Below are positions 48,258 through 57,829 of a stretch of DNA of 64,000 bases, in pieces. The stretch's first letter is position 1. Each line of letters begins with the position of its first letter. The position numbers and the translations under genes are program-made. Location: assembly GCA_964428845.1 (NCBI GenBank), contig CAYRZH010000005.1, positions 1,647-65,646 on the forward strand, given 5' to 3'. The notes beneath the pieces were generated by a model, which did no database searches, was not told the origin of the DNA, and saw only the letters and a program-made list of their open reading frames with translations. The DNA is from an uncultured Candidatus Saccharibacteria bacterium (GTDB lineage Bacteria; Patescibacteriota; Minisyncoccia; Phycocordibacterales; DATGWK01).

Positions 48258-50774
48258 ATGGCAATTCTTAAGAGCATTATTGGCGACAGCAATACGAGAA
48301 GTCTCAAACCCTTCAGTGAGATAGTTCGAAAAATCAACTCTCTTGAAAGTGACTACGAAAAACTTTCATCTGAAGAACTGAAAGGGAAGACGACTTCTCT
48401 CAAACAAAGACTCGCCGCCGGCGAGACTCTAGACGCGTGTTTGCCCGAAGCTTTTGCTTTGGTCCGAGAGGCAGCCAAGCGTACCCTAAAACAGAGACAC
48501 TTTGATGTTCAGCTTCTTGGTGGTATTGTCCTTCATCGTGGTAGTGGGGCAGAGATGAGAACGGGCGAAGGGAAAACCCTAGTAGCCACTCTTCCAGCCT
48601 ACTTAAACGCACTCGAAGGAAAGGGGGTTCATGTTGTCACAGTAAATGACTATCTTTCTCGTCGTGATGCGGTTTGGATGGGTCAAATTTATTCTTTTCT
48701 TGGATTGTCGGTCGGAGTTTTGAACCACGAAGAATCATTTCTATACGATCCCAACCAAAAGGAACTCGATGCCGAACGTGACGAAGTGGGTTCTTTCCAC
48801 GTCGTTCATGAATTCTTGAGAAGGTGTTCTCGCCGGGAAGCTTATGAGGCTGACATCACTTACGGAACAAATAATGAATTTGGATTTGATTACCTCCGCG
48901 ACAATATCGAGTATGACAATCTTCGACTCCGTCAGAGAGGCTACAACTTCGCTATCGTCGACGAGGTCGATTCTATTCTTATCGACGAAGCAAGAACCCC
49001 CCTCATTATTTCTGGTCCGACCGGTGATTCGGAAAGCCTCTACTCTCTTTTTGCTACGATTGCCAAAAGTCTTTCTCCGGAAGTGGACTATGCTGTGGAT
49101 GAAAAACTGAAGGCGATCAGCGTGACCGAGCAAGGCATCGAGAAAACAGAGAAACTACTCGGGGTAGAAAATATATATACTGACAAAGGAATAAAATATG
49201 TCCACCACCTAGAGACAGCAATACGCGCCAAAGCTTTGTTTCATCGTGATCGTGACTATGTGGTACGAGAAGACGGCGTGATAATTGTCGACGAATTTAC
49301 GGGCAGGCTCCAGCCTGGGCGTCGTTGGTCAGAAGGTCTGCATCAAGCCATTGAAGCAAAAGAGGGTGTAAAGATAGAAAAAGAATCACGAACATACGCC
49401 TCTATTACATTTCAAAATTATTTCAGGCTGTATAAGAAACTTGCTGGCATGACGGGTACTGCCATCACTTCGAAAGAAGAATTCTATAAGGTTTACGGCC
49501 TAGATATTTTTGCTATTCCTACCAACAAGGCACCGCGTCGAGTCGACCACAACGACCTCATCTTTCAGACAGAACACGGCAAATTTAAAGCAGTTGCTCG
49601 AGCTGTAAAAGAGCTAAATAAGAAAGGACAGCCGGTACTTATCGGCACGGTTTCTATAGAAAAGAACGAACTCCTTTCAGAATATTTAAATAAAGAGGGA
49701 ATTAAGCACGAACTTTTGAATGCCAAAAATCATGAGAAAGAAGGCGAGATTATTTCGCAGGCTGGCCGCAGGGGTGCAGTCACGCTTGCTACCAACATGG
49801 CTGGCCGTGGAGTCGACATCAGGCTTGGAGGCAACCCTTCAAGTCAGGAAGAAAATAGAGAGGTGGAAGCCCTCGGCGGCCTCTTTGTGATCGGAACCGA
49901 GCGGCATGAGGCGCGACGTATAGACAATCAGCTACGCGGTAGGTCTGGCCGCCAGGGTGATCGTGGTGAAACACAATTTTTCGTGTCTCTCTCTGACAGT
50001 CTGATGCGTATTTTTGCTTCTGACACTATCAAAAAACTTATGGGGAAAATTGGCATTGCCGAAGATGAGCCTATCCAAAACAGAATGATTACCCGCGCCC
50101 TCGAGGCAGCTCAAACTAAGATAGAAGGTTATAACTTTGACGCCAGAAAACACGTCTTACAATTCGATGATGTGCTGAATCATCAGAGAAAAATCATCTA
50201 CGATCGTCGCCGCAAAATTCTCACTGGTTCCATAGATGATGTGTACAATTATATTTATGAAATTATTGCCGAACTTGGTGAAGCAAATTTGAAGTCGGTT
50301 ATCGATGAGAAGCGTAGAGTGGTGGGGGAAGAGCGCTTCGCTCTTTCACTGCAACGATCGGCACTTCAGACCATCGATCTCTTCTGGGTGGAACATCTAG
50401 AAATGATGGATTATATGAGGGGCAGTGTAAACCTACGTGCATACGGCCAGCGTGACCCACTTGTTGAATACAAAAAAGAGGGTTTGAGGCTCTTTAAAGA
50501 AATGGAGGAAGCATCTAAGATTGAAATTTTGAAACTTATTCCAAAGATTGGAGGAGAGGTTTTTGTCAGTGAACCTGAACATTTGAAGGAGATTCATGAG
50601 CAGGCGGCTATGATAGGCAAAAGCGAAGATGATACTGATACCTCAACAGGATCACATATGAAAAATGTTGGTAGAAATGATCCCTGTCCGTGCGGAAGCG
50701 GAAAAAAGTATAAACACTGTGGCCTTTCAAACTCACGCGAACACCAGAGTCGCATGAAGCTAGATGTAAAATAA
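48258..50774 (+). CDS. secA: Preprotein translocase subunit SecA
   Basis: MRTGEGKT, IVDEVDSILIDEARTP, ATNMAGRG, QLRGRSGRQGD, GRNDPCPCGSGKKYK. Confidence 0.98.
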   Translation: MAILKSIIGDSNTRSLKPFSEIVRKINSLESDYEKLSSEELKGKTTSLKQRLAAGETLDACLPEAFALVREAAKRTLKQRHFDVQLLGGIVLHRGSGAEMRTGEGKTLVATLPAYLNALEGKGVHVVTVNDYLSRRDAVWMGQIYSFLGLSVGVLNHEESFLYDPNQKELDAERDEVGSFHVVHEFLRRCSRREAYEADITYGTNNEFGFDYLRDNIEYDNLRLRQRGYNFAIVDEVDSILIDEARTPLIISGPTGDSESLYSLFATIAKSLSPEVDYAVDEKLKAISVTEQGIEKTEKLLGVENIYTDKGIKYVHHLETAIRAKALFHRDRDYVVREDGVIIVDEFTGRLQPGRRWSEGLHQAIEAKEGVKIEKESRTYASITFQNYFRLYKKLAGMTGTAITSKEEFYKVYGLDIFAIPTNKAPRRVDHNDLIFQTEHGKFKAVARAVKELNKKGQPVLIGTVSIEKNELLSEYLNKEGIKHELLNAKNHEKEGEIISQAGRRGAVTLATNMAGRGVDIRLGGNPSSQEENREVEALGGLFVIGTERHEARRIDNQLRGRSGRQGDRGETQFFVSLSDSLMRIFASDTIKKLMGKIGIAEDEPIQNRMITRALEAAQTKIEGYNFDARKHVLQFDDVLNHQRKIIYDRRRKILTGSIDDVYNYIYEIIAELGEANLKSVIDEKRRVVGEERFALSLQRSALQTIDLFWVEHLEMMDYMRGSVNLRAYGQRDPLVEYKKEGLRLFKEMEEASKIEILKLIPKIGGEVFVSEPEHLKEIHEQAAMIGKSEDDTDTSTGSHMKNVGRNDPCPCGSGKKYKHCGLSNSREHQSRMKLDVK

Positions 50775-50776
50775 AT

Positions 50777-51424
50777 ATGATTGCCTACGTAGTAGAGATA
50801 CTCGAGATATATGTTATCCCACTAGGGGCCCTCGGTGTTTTTGCTGCTGCAGTTCTTGAGGAAATAATCGCCCCTATCCCTTCGGCAGTAGTTCAGATTG
50901 GATCCGGTTTTCTTTTTGTAAGTGGGGCCGTATCGTTTTCCACTGTCTCCAAATTGATTTTTATAGTTGTTTTGCCTGCCGCTCTTGGTGTCACGGTAGG
51001 GTCTCTCCTTGTCTACGGCCTCGCGTATCGATTTGGTAAGCCGGCTCTCCTCAAATGGGGTAAATGGCTCGGTCTTACTTGGGGTGATGTAGAGAGAGTG
51101 CAGGCCAGGTTCGAACAATCGTCTCTGGACGAATGGGTCCTTCTCATTTTTCGAGCTATCCCTGCTCTTCCGAGTGTGGCGGTCTCTGCTCTCTCTGGTC
51201 TAATGAGAATTCCTCTCAAAGAATATTTAATTTACACATTTTTAGGGACGTGTATCAGAGCTCTTGTGCTCGGAGCTGTTGGTTGGCAAGTCGGTGTTCT
51301 CTATGACCGCTATGCTAGTTTTGTGAATAGCATAGAAAAAGGAATTTTTATAATTGTTATCTTGGCTGTAGTTGTTTTTGTTGGCTGGAGGACTGCTGTT
51401 TCTAGGAAAAATCGAGCTAAATAA
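50777..51424 (+). CDS. DedA family membrane protein
   Basis: EEIIAPIPS, FRAIP, hydrophobic helices. Confidence 0.82.
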   Translation: MIAYVVEILEIYVIPLGALGVFAAAVLEEIIAPIPSAVVQIGSGFLFVSGAVSFSTVSKLIFIVVLPAALGVTVGSLLVYGLAYRFGKPALLKWGKWLGLTWGDVERVQARFEQSSLDEWVLLIFRAIPALPSVAVSALSGLMRIPLKEYLIYTFLGTCIRALVLGAVGWQVGVLYDRYASFVNSIEKGIFIIVILAVVVFVGWRTAVSRKNRAK

Positions 51425-51475
51425 TCGAATATAAATATTGGGGTTAGCATCTAACCCTGTGCTATAATGCTCGTT

Positions 51476-51850
51476 ATGAAAACCAAGAATATTGTTATTG
51501 GCATAGTTATTATTGTTATTATTGCCGGAGGTATTTTTTGGCTTATAAAAACACCCGGCAAACCAGGTCAGTATGATACTTTTGCACAGTGTTTAGGAGA
51601 AAAAGGTGCAAAGTTTTTTGGAGCTTTCTGGTGTCCTCATTGTAGAGATCAAAAAGCTTTATTTGGCAGATCGGCAAGCCTTTTGCCATACACAGAGTGC
51701 TCGACCCCAGACGGCAAAGGTACCCTTCAGGTTTGTCTCGATCAAAAGATCCAAGGATACCCAACCTGGGAATTCGCTGGTGGAGAACGGATTGTGGCTG
51801 TGATGAGTCTTGAGGAGCTTTCCGAAAAAACAAGTTGTCCACTACCTTAA
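51476..51850 (+). CDS. Membrane-anchored thioredoxin-fold oxidoreductase
   Basis: N-terminal TM, GAFWCPHC, GYPTW. Confidence 0.85.
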   Translation: MKTKNIVIGIVIIVIIAGGIFWLIKTPGKPGQYDTFAQCLGEKGAKFFGAFWCPHCRDQKALFGRSASLLPYTECSTPDGKGTLQVCLDQKIQGYPTWEFAGGERIVAVMSLEELSEKTSCPLP

Positions 51851-51868
51851 CCTAGTTTCCCAAACATT

Positions 51869-52408
51869 ATGTCTCAATCGTTTATAGTCAATGCTTCTGC
51901 TATAGGGACTCTTGTGGTTCATGTTGTCCTAGTAATTTTTGGGTTGACTCTTATTTTACACAAAGAGTCTGCTTTTCGGTTTATGCGTTATTTCTCTCCA
52001 TACGCATTTATTTTTTCCTTTGCTGTGGCACTTCTCGGGATTGTTGGAAGTATTTTGTACTCAGAAATTATTGGTTTTGATCCATGCGTTCTCTGTTGGC
52101 TCGAGAGAGTTTTGTTGTACCCCCAGGTAATAATTTTTGGGATAGCAATCTTTCGTCGCGATGACTCCATTATTCCGTATATACTTGGGCTATCTATCCC
52201 TGGAGTTATTCTTTCTCTTTATCACGCCTCCGTCCAACTTGGAGGTTTTTCCCTCACAGCTTGCACTTCAGAAGGGGGTTCGTGTTCCAAGGTGTACGTT
52301 CTCGAATATGGCTACATAACAATACCTCTCATGGCTTTTACGGCGTTTCTTCTTATTGTTATAAGCACTCTTATACGAAAAAAGAATTTAGGAAAATTGG
52401 CTTCGTAA
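51869..52408 (+). CDS. dsbB: Disulfide bond formation protein DsbB/BdbC family
   Basis: PCVLCWLER, second Cys pair CTSEGGSC, GYITIP; 4-5 TM segments. Confidence 0.85.
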   Translation: MSQSFIVNASAIGTLVVHVVLVIFGLTLILHKESAFRFMRYFSPYAFIFSFAVALLGIVGSILYSEIIGFDPCVLCWLERVLLYPQVIIFGIAIFRRDDSIIPYILGLSIPGVILSLYHASVQLGGFSLTACTSEGGSCSKVYVLEYGYITIPLMAFTAFLLIVISTLIRKKNLGKLAS

Positions 52409-52417
52409 GGATTGTCT

Positions 52418-55147
52418 ATGCCAAGCTCAAACGACAAAGATCTTCAAACCGTGGCGGAGAAACCAGATATACCTTGGCCTAGTTTATCTATAGAGGAAAT
52501 TCTGCCAAAACTTTCCTCTTCTCTTTCTGGTCTTTCTTCCACAGAGGCGATTCGTCGGCTTAGATCCCATGGCCCTAATGCACTGCCTCAAAAACCACCA
52601 CCGAGTCGTTTGGTGATATTTTTCAGACAATTTCAAAGCCCGCTTATTTATATACTTCTTCTGTCAAGTATAATCGTTTATTTTCTTGGAGGAGTTACGG
52701 ATTCTATTGCGATTCTAGTCGTACTCTTCATAAACGCCTGCGTCGGCTTTTTCCAAGAAGGTAAAGCTGAAAATACACTTGCTGCCCTAAGAAAATTTAC
52801 AAAGACAGATGCCACCACTCTTCGGGATGATATGGAGGTGGTGTTAAGCGATGAAGAGATAGTCACTGGTGACATGGTCGTTTTGCGAGAGGGAGACAAA
52901 GTTCCCGCTGATGCTCGTATTGTTGAAGAAAAAATATTTCGTGTCGATGAATCGGCTCTTACTGGCGAATCAATGCCAGTCGTGAAGACGAGTGAAAGGA
53001 TCAGTCGAGACGTGTCAACAACTTCTGATCAAAAAAATATGGTGTTTAGGGGTACCTTTGTCATGGGTGGGTTTGCTAAAGCTATTGTGGTGCGTACGGG
53101 TATTTCTACTCTTATGGGTGCTCTGTCGGAGAAGATAGCGAGTATTGATACAGATGTTCCGCTCAAAAAAAATATTACAATCCTATCGAGGTTTATTGGT
53201 GTCGGAGTTATTTTTGCAAGTATTCTAGTATTTCTGATCGGACTATCTTACGGCAATTCTGTGAGAGATATGTTTTTTACTGCGGTCACAGTTGCGGTTT
53301 CTCTTATTCCCGAGGGTTTGCCAATTGTTATTACTCTGGTTCTTGCCACTGGAGTCTATCGGATGGCTAAACAAAACGCTTTGGTCAAAAAACTCGGTGC
53401 GGTCGAGGCTCTCGGTCAGGCCACCCTTATCGCTGTCGATAAGACAGGTACTATCACAAAGAACGAGTTGATGGTTGAGGAGGTCTATGTGGGTGAAAAA
53501 CTTTTTTCAATTCTTGGAAATGGGTACGAACCAAAGGGTGATGTTCTGCTCTCCGGCAATAAGATAGAACCGGCCAATCATCAGGAATTGCTTTTGGCAG
53601 GGAAATTGGCCACTTTTTGTTCCAATGCCAGGGTCTCTCTGGTCGAGGGTGAAGGAGTTTTTAGAGTTATTGGGGATCCGACAGAGGCCGCTTTGGGAGT
53701 TTTTGGTGAGAAAGTTGGTTTCCCAAAGAATGATCTTGAAGCCGAAGAACCACAGATTACCGAATTACCGTTTGACTCCAAAAGGAAATATCACGCCACT
53801 CTTCATAAGGTCGGGAGGAGAAAATTTCTTTCTGTGATCGGGGCTCCAGAGGCGGTACTCAATGTTTGCACATCGATCGGTAGAGACGGAAAAACGTACA
53901 AACTTACGGCAGAGGAACGTGGGCATATAGAATCTGTTATTCATGAAATGTCCAAAAAAAGTTTGCGAGTCTTGGTTTGCGGAGTGATAGAAAATTTTAA
54001 GGGGGATTTTGGGTCGGGTATATTTGAAAATTTAGTCTTTATGAGTATTTATGGGTTACGAGATGTGTTGCGTGAAGGTGTCCGAGAATCAATCGAAGAT
54101 GCTCGCGCCCTTGGGCTTCGTGTCATTATGATTACTGGTGACCATCGCAACACTGCAGAATCTATAGCAAGGGAAGCTGGTATCTACCACGAGGGAGATC
54201 ATGTTCTCTCGGACATTGATCTTTCCAGCATGAAAGATGAGGAACTCATGGCCCGATTACCAAAAACTACTGTCTTTTCGCGCATCACCCCAGAGCATAA
54301 GTTTAAAATTATAGAGCTCGCAAGAAGACGTGGAGATGTTATCGCTATGACTGGGGATGGGGTAAATGACGCACTCTCCCTTGCTGCTGCTGATCTGGGT
54401 ATCGCAATGGGTAAGGGTGGAACAGAAGTGAGTAAAGAAGCTTCGGATATTGTTCTTTTGGACGACAATTTCAGAAGTATTGTTTTGGCTATCGAAGAGG
54501 GCAGGAATATGTACCGCACTATAAGAAAAGTCATTACCTATCTTTTTTCTACTGGTCTTGGAGAGCTTTTTACCATAATCGGGGCTATGCTACTGCTTCT
54601 GCCTTTACCCTTTGTACCGACACAGATTCTGTGGCTGAATCTTGTGACTGACGGGTTCCTTGTTGTAGCCTTGGCCATGGAGCCCAGAGAGCGATTTGAG
54701 AATTTCAAAAATGGTGATAATTCAAAAAGGGTACCCAAATCATCAATCTTTGATCGGCTGATGTTTTTTAGAACTTTTATGATGGGGCTCATTATGGCCA
54801 TCGGTAGCGTCCTACTTTTTTACTTTTTTGTATCGAAGGACCCATTCCGAGCTTCGACGATTGCCCTTACTGCTTTAGCAAGTTTTCAGTGGTGGAATGC
54901 GTGGAATGTTCGTTCGGATCGTTCCTCGATCTTTTCTTCGGGTATTTTTTCAAACAAATATTTGATTTTGGCCACTGTCCTAGTCGTTATCTTGCAGTTG
55001 TTCGCAATATACAATCCACTTATGCAAAAAGTCCTTTCTACTGTAAGCTTGTCTTTCGGCGAGTTACTTATAGCTTTCACGATTCCGCTCTCTATTGTGG
55101 TTGTCGAAGAGCTTCGTAAGATATTGAGGCGCAGAAAATCGAAATGA
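52418..55147 (+). CDS. P-type cation-transporting ATPase (type IIA, Ca2+-like)
   Basis: DESALTGES, PEGL, DKTGT, MITGD, TGDGVND, LWLNLVTDG. Confidence 0.93.
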   Translation: MPSSNDKDLQTVAEKPDIPWPSLSIEEILPKLSSSLSGLSSTEAIRRLRSHGPNALPQKPPPSRLVIFFRQFQSPLIYILLLSSIIVYFLGGVTDSIAILVVLFINACVGFFQEGKAENTLAALRKFTKTDATTLRDDMEVVLSDEEIVTGDMVVLREGDKVPADARIVEEKIFRVDESALTGESMPVVKTSERISRDVSTTSDQKNMVFRGTFVMGGFAKAIVVRTGISTLMGALSEKIASIDTDVPLKKNITILSRFIGVGVIFASILVFLIGLSYGNSVRDMFFTAVTVAVSLIPEGLPIVITLVLATGVYRMAKQNALVKKLGAVEALGQATLIAVDKTGTITKNELMVEEVYVGEKLFSILGNGYEPKGDVLLSGNKIEPANHQELLLAGKLATFCSNARVSLVEGEGVFRVIGDPTEAALGVFGEKVGFPKNDLEAEEPQITELPFDSKRKYHATLHKVGRRKFLSVIGAPEAVLNVCTSIGRDGKTYKLTAEERGHIESVIHEMSKKSLRVLVCGVIENFKGDFGSGIFENLVFMSIYGLRDVLREGVRESIEDARALGLRVIMITGDHRNTAESIAREAGIYHEGDHVLSDIDLSSMKDEELMARLPKTTVFSRITPEHKFKIIELARRRGDVIAMTGDGVNDALSLAAADLGIAMGKGGTEVSKEASDIVLLDDNFRSIVLAIEEGRNMYRTIRKVITYLFSTGLGELFTIIGAMLLLLPLPFVPTQILWLNLVTDGFLVVALAMEPRERFENFKNGDNSKRVPKSSIFDRLMFFRTFMMGLIMAIGSVLLFYFFVSKDPFRASTIALTALASFQWWNAWNVRSDRSSIFSSGIFSNKYLILATVLVVILQLFAIYNPLMQKVLSTVSLSFGELLIAFTIPLSIVVVEELRKILRRRKSK

Positions 55148-56031
55148 AAAAACACAAAATCATAACCCATAGTGGTTCTTATCACTGCGATGATGTCATG
55201 GCTGTTGCTACCTTGTCTCTTTTTCTAGGTAAGGATGCCGTGGAAATTGTTCGAACCAGAGACGAAGAGGTAATTAAAACTGGAGACTACGTTGTCGATG
55301 TTGGTGGCATCTACGATGAAACTAGATATCGGTTTGACCACCACCAAAAAGAAGGAGCCGGAGTCCGTCCCAACGGTATTGCTTACGCTTCTTTTGGTTT
55401 GGTCTGGAAATATTGTGGAGAAAAGGTAAGTACTTCGAGCGAAGTCGCGCAGATAGTTGAGAGGAAGCTAGTAGAACCTGTCGATGCTGTTGATAATGGT
55501 ATCGATTTGGTGGATTATAGAATTCCTAATACACATCTGTATTTAATCCAGGATTTTTTTCGTTCTTTTTCTCCAACCTGGAAAGAGGAGGGTGCTGATG
55601 TTGATGAAATATTTTTCAAATTGGTAGATGTTGCTCGAGATTTGCTCACGAGAGAGATAAAAAGAGCCAAAGATGGAGTCGAAGCAGTACGACTAGTAGA
55701 GGAAGCTTATAAAAATAGTTCGGACAAACGGCTAATTATATTAGAAAAAGATTGGCCGTGGAGACAAGTTCTCGACAAGTACACCGAACCTGTTTATGTT
55801 GTATCACCGGATAGAGATGGTCACTGGAATGCCCGAACCGTTCAAAAGAAGCTTCTCTCTTTTGAAAATAGGAAGGATTTTCCTACCGAGTGGGCAGGGA
55901 AGAAAGGAGAAGAGTTTAGGAAAATAAGTGGAGTAGAGGATGCGATCTTCTGCCACAAGAACCTTTTCTTTGCCTGTGCCGAGTCTAAAGAAGGTACTAT
56001 AAAGCTTGCCAAGCTTGCTCTAGAAAAATAA
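55144..56031 (+). CDS. MYG1 family exonuclease/hydrolase
   Basis: THSGSYHCDD, RTRD, DVGG, FDHHQ, DAVDNG, IFCH. Confidence 0.92.
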   Translation: MKKHKIITHSGSYHCDDVMAVATLSLFLGKDAVEIVRTRDEEVIKTGDYVVDVGGIYDETRYRFDHHQKEGAGVRPNGIAYASFGLVWKYCGEKVSTSSEVAQIVERKLVEPVDAVDNGIDLVDYRIPNTHLYLIQDFFRSFSPTWKEEGADVDEIFFKLVDVARDLLTREIKRAKDGVEAVRLVEEAYKNSSDKRLIILEKDWPWRQVLDKYTEPVYVVSPDRDGHWNARTVQKKLLSFENRKDFPTEWAGKKGEEFRKISGVEDAIFCHKNLFFACAESKEGTIKLAKLALEK

Positions 56032-56032
56032 T

Positions 56033-57001
56033 ATGGCTTTCGTCGATGAAATAAAACTACATCTTGAGGCGGGCAGTGGTGGTTCTGGGGTTGTCCGTTG
56101 GCGTCACGAGAAAGGAAAGGATAAAGCCGGAGCTGCCGGTGGAAATGGTGGAAGAGGTGGGGATGTGTACATGCAAACAGTCCGTGATCTGGGCGTACTT
56201 GCCCGATACAAACAGATAAAAGTTTTTCGTGCCAAAAATGGTGAAGATGGTATGCAAAGTAGCATGCATGGCAAAAAAGGAGAAGATCTGTCTATAGATG
56301 TCCCCATTGGTAGTGCTGTCACAAATCTTCTAAATGGTAAAAAGATAAATTTTCTAAAGGAAGGGGAGAAGGTCCTGGTTCTGTCTGGTGGTAACGGGGG
56401 GTTAGGAAACGAGCATTTCAAAGCTTCTACAAATGTAAAACCGAAAGAACATACTCCAGGGAAAGCGGGCGAGTCCGCCGATTTCCTAATAGAGCTCGAA
56501 CTTGTCGCAGATCTTGGGCTTGTTGGTCTTCCGAATGCCGGTAAGTCTAGTCTACTCAACGCTCTGACCAATGCCAAATCAAAAGTAGCAAGCTATCCAT
56601 TTACTACTCTCGAGCCTGATCTGGGGGACATGTTTGGCTTTATTATCGCTGATATCCCGGGTCTCATTGAAGGAGCCTCTATGGGTAAGGGACTCGGTCA
56701 CAAGTTTTTGAGACACATAAAGAGGACGAGAATGATTCTTCATTGTGTAGCAGCCGACAGTGAAGATATTTTGAATACGTACAAAACAATCCGCAATGAG
56801 CTCAAAACATACAGTAAAGAACTATCAGAAAAACCAGAGATTATTATAATCACAAAAATAGATGAAGTTCCCCAGGAAGTTGTTAAAGAAAAAACAAAAA
56901 TACTTTCAAAATTCTCAAAACACATTTTTACTGTTTCTGTGCTCGATGATTCATCTGTGAAGGGTCTACGGGATGGGCTGATTAAAATTTTGAACAAATA
57001 G
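56033..57001 (+). CDS. obg: GTPase Obg/CgtA
   Basis: FVDE, Gly-rich Obg fold, GLPNAGKSS, YPFTT, DIPGLIEGA, TKID. Confidence 0.97.
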   Translation: MAFVDEIKLHLEAGSGGSGVVRWRHEKGKDKAGAAGGNGGRGGDVYMQTVRDLGVLARYKQIKVFRAKNGEDGMQSSMHGKKGEDLSIDVPIGSAVTNLLNGKKINFLKEGEKVLVLSGGNGGLGNEHFKASTNVKPKEHTPGKAGESADFLIELELVADLGLVGLPNAGKSSLLNALTNAKSKVASYPFTTLEPDLGDMFGFIIADIPGLIEGASMGKGLGHKFLRHIKRTRMILHCVAADSEDILNTYKTIRNELKTYSKELSEKPEIIIITKIDEVPQEVVKEKTKILSKFSKHIFTVSVLDDSSVKGLRDGLIKILNK

Positions 57002-57031
57002 AAAGCGCGCCGTCTTCTTAGACTAGCGCGC
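57001..57031 (-). terminator. Probable terminator overlapping the stop codon of the membrane-protein unit
   Basis: Minus strand GCGCGC-ta-GTCT-aaga-AGAC-g-GCGCGC followed by TTTCTATTT. Confidence 0.55.
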
Positions 57032-57662
57032 CTTGAGGTCTCCTTTCTCTCATCATCGTGCGGAGGATGAGGCAGACCGTGATGCCCGAAGTGATTGCTG
57101 CTCTCGTTCCGTAAAGAAATCCGAGGGCATCGTTTTTCTCTATCGCGGGCACAAGACAGAGAATCGACGAGATGCAAATGCTGGCCCAGGTGAAGAGTGA
57201 TTCGGTCTTCTCGTTCTGTCCCCAGAGCTTCTGGGCGAGGGCAGTGTAGCCGATCACCATAAGAATCTGGGTCAAGACGTTCGAAATCGTCGCCGCAAGT
57301 TCGTTGCCCACGTAGAACCGCAAGATGCACCAGAGTGCAACGATTCCTGCAGACCAAATGAGGCATCTTACTTGGAATCGGCTGAACTTCACCCGAAGCT
57401 CTTTTCTGCAGAGCTGTATCAGGGCCACTGCCACGAGAATCGAACCCGTAGATACAATGGCGCTCAAGTTCCCGATGTTCCCGACGAGACTGTGGTTCGG
57501 GGAGTTCCAATAACTCCAGAAGCCGATGGCTATTGTTGTACCGAAAATAATCCAGGATGCCAAGACGGGGCGAATCTTGCCGCGGAGGGCAAGATAGATG
57601 TACCATGCGGTGCCGAGCCCTATGCCGGCAACCGACAACAGGACTGCTGCACTCGATAGCAT
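57018..57662 (-). CDS. Multi-TM membrane protein (PQ-loop/SWEET-like repeat architecture)
   Basis: YIYLALRGKIRPVLASW and TESLFTW half-repeats; about 7 TM segments; GGAG SD; GC-rich. Confidence 0.65.
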   Translation of the reverse strand: MLSSAAVLLSVAGIGLGTAWYIYLALRGKIRPVLASWIIFGTTIAIGFWSYWNSPNHSLVGNIGNLSAIVSTGSILVAVALIQLCRKELRVKFSRFQVRCLIWSAGIVALWCILRFYVGNELAATISNVLTQILMVIGYTALAQKLWGQNEKTESLFTWASICISSILCLVPAIEKNDALGFLYGTRAAITSGITVCLILRTMMRERRPQGALV

Positions 57663-57723
57663 GACACACTCTCCATTCAAAAGAACTTTCTTATGGTGAT
57701 ACGTTATCACCATTTCTGCTACT

Positions 57724-57752
57724 ATGATAGCATATTTGACTCTTTTTGTCAA
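57724..57752 (-). promoter_or_regulatory. Sigma70-type promoter of the membrane-protein unit
   Basis: TTGACA, 17 nt spacer, TATCAT with TGn; leader hairpin ATGGTGATA/TATCACCAT at 57693-57713. Confidence 0.8.
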
Positions 57753-57829
57753 TAAAAAAGATATATCAAAAGCGCCAATCTTAGGCGTATAATTCGAGTA
57801 ACTTTTGAACTTATGATACAATCGCCGTT

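Noticed and set aside
56740-57669. 309-aa minus-strand ORF overlapping obg
   Set aside because: Alternative frame of a GC-rich gene with no protein motifs; it overlaps obg.
4470-57760. Integron cassette (attC) explanation for the GC-rich units
   Set aside because: No RYYYAAC/GTTRRRY-bounded attC structure or intI was seen, and the units are dispersed with their own promoters.
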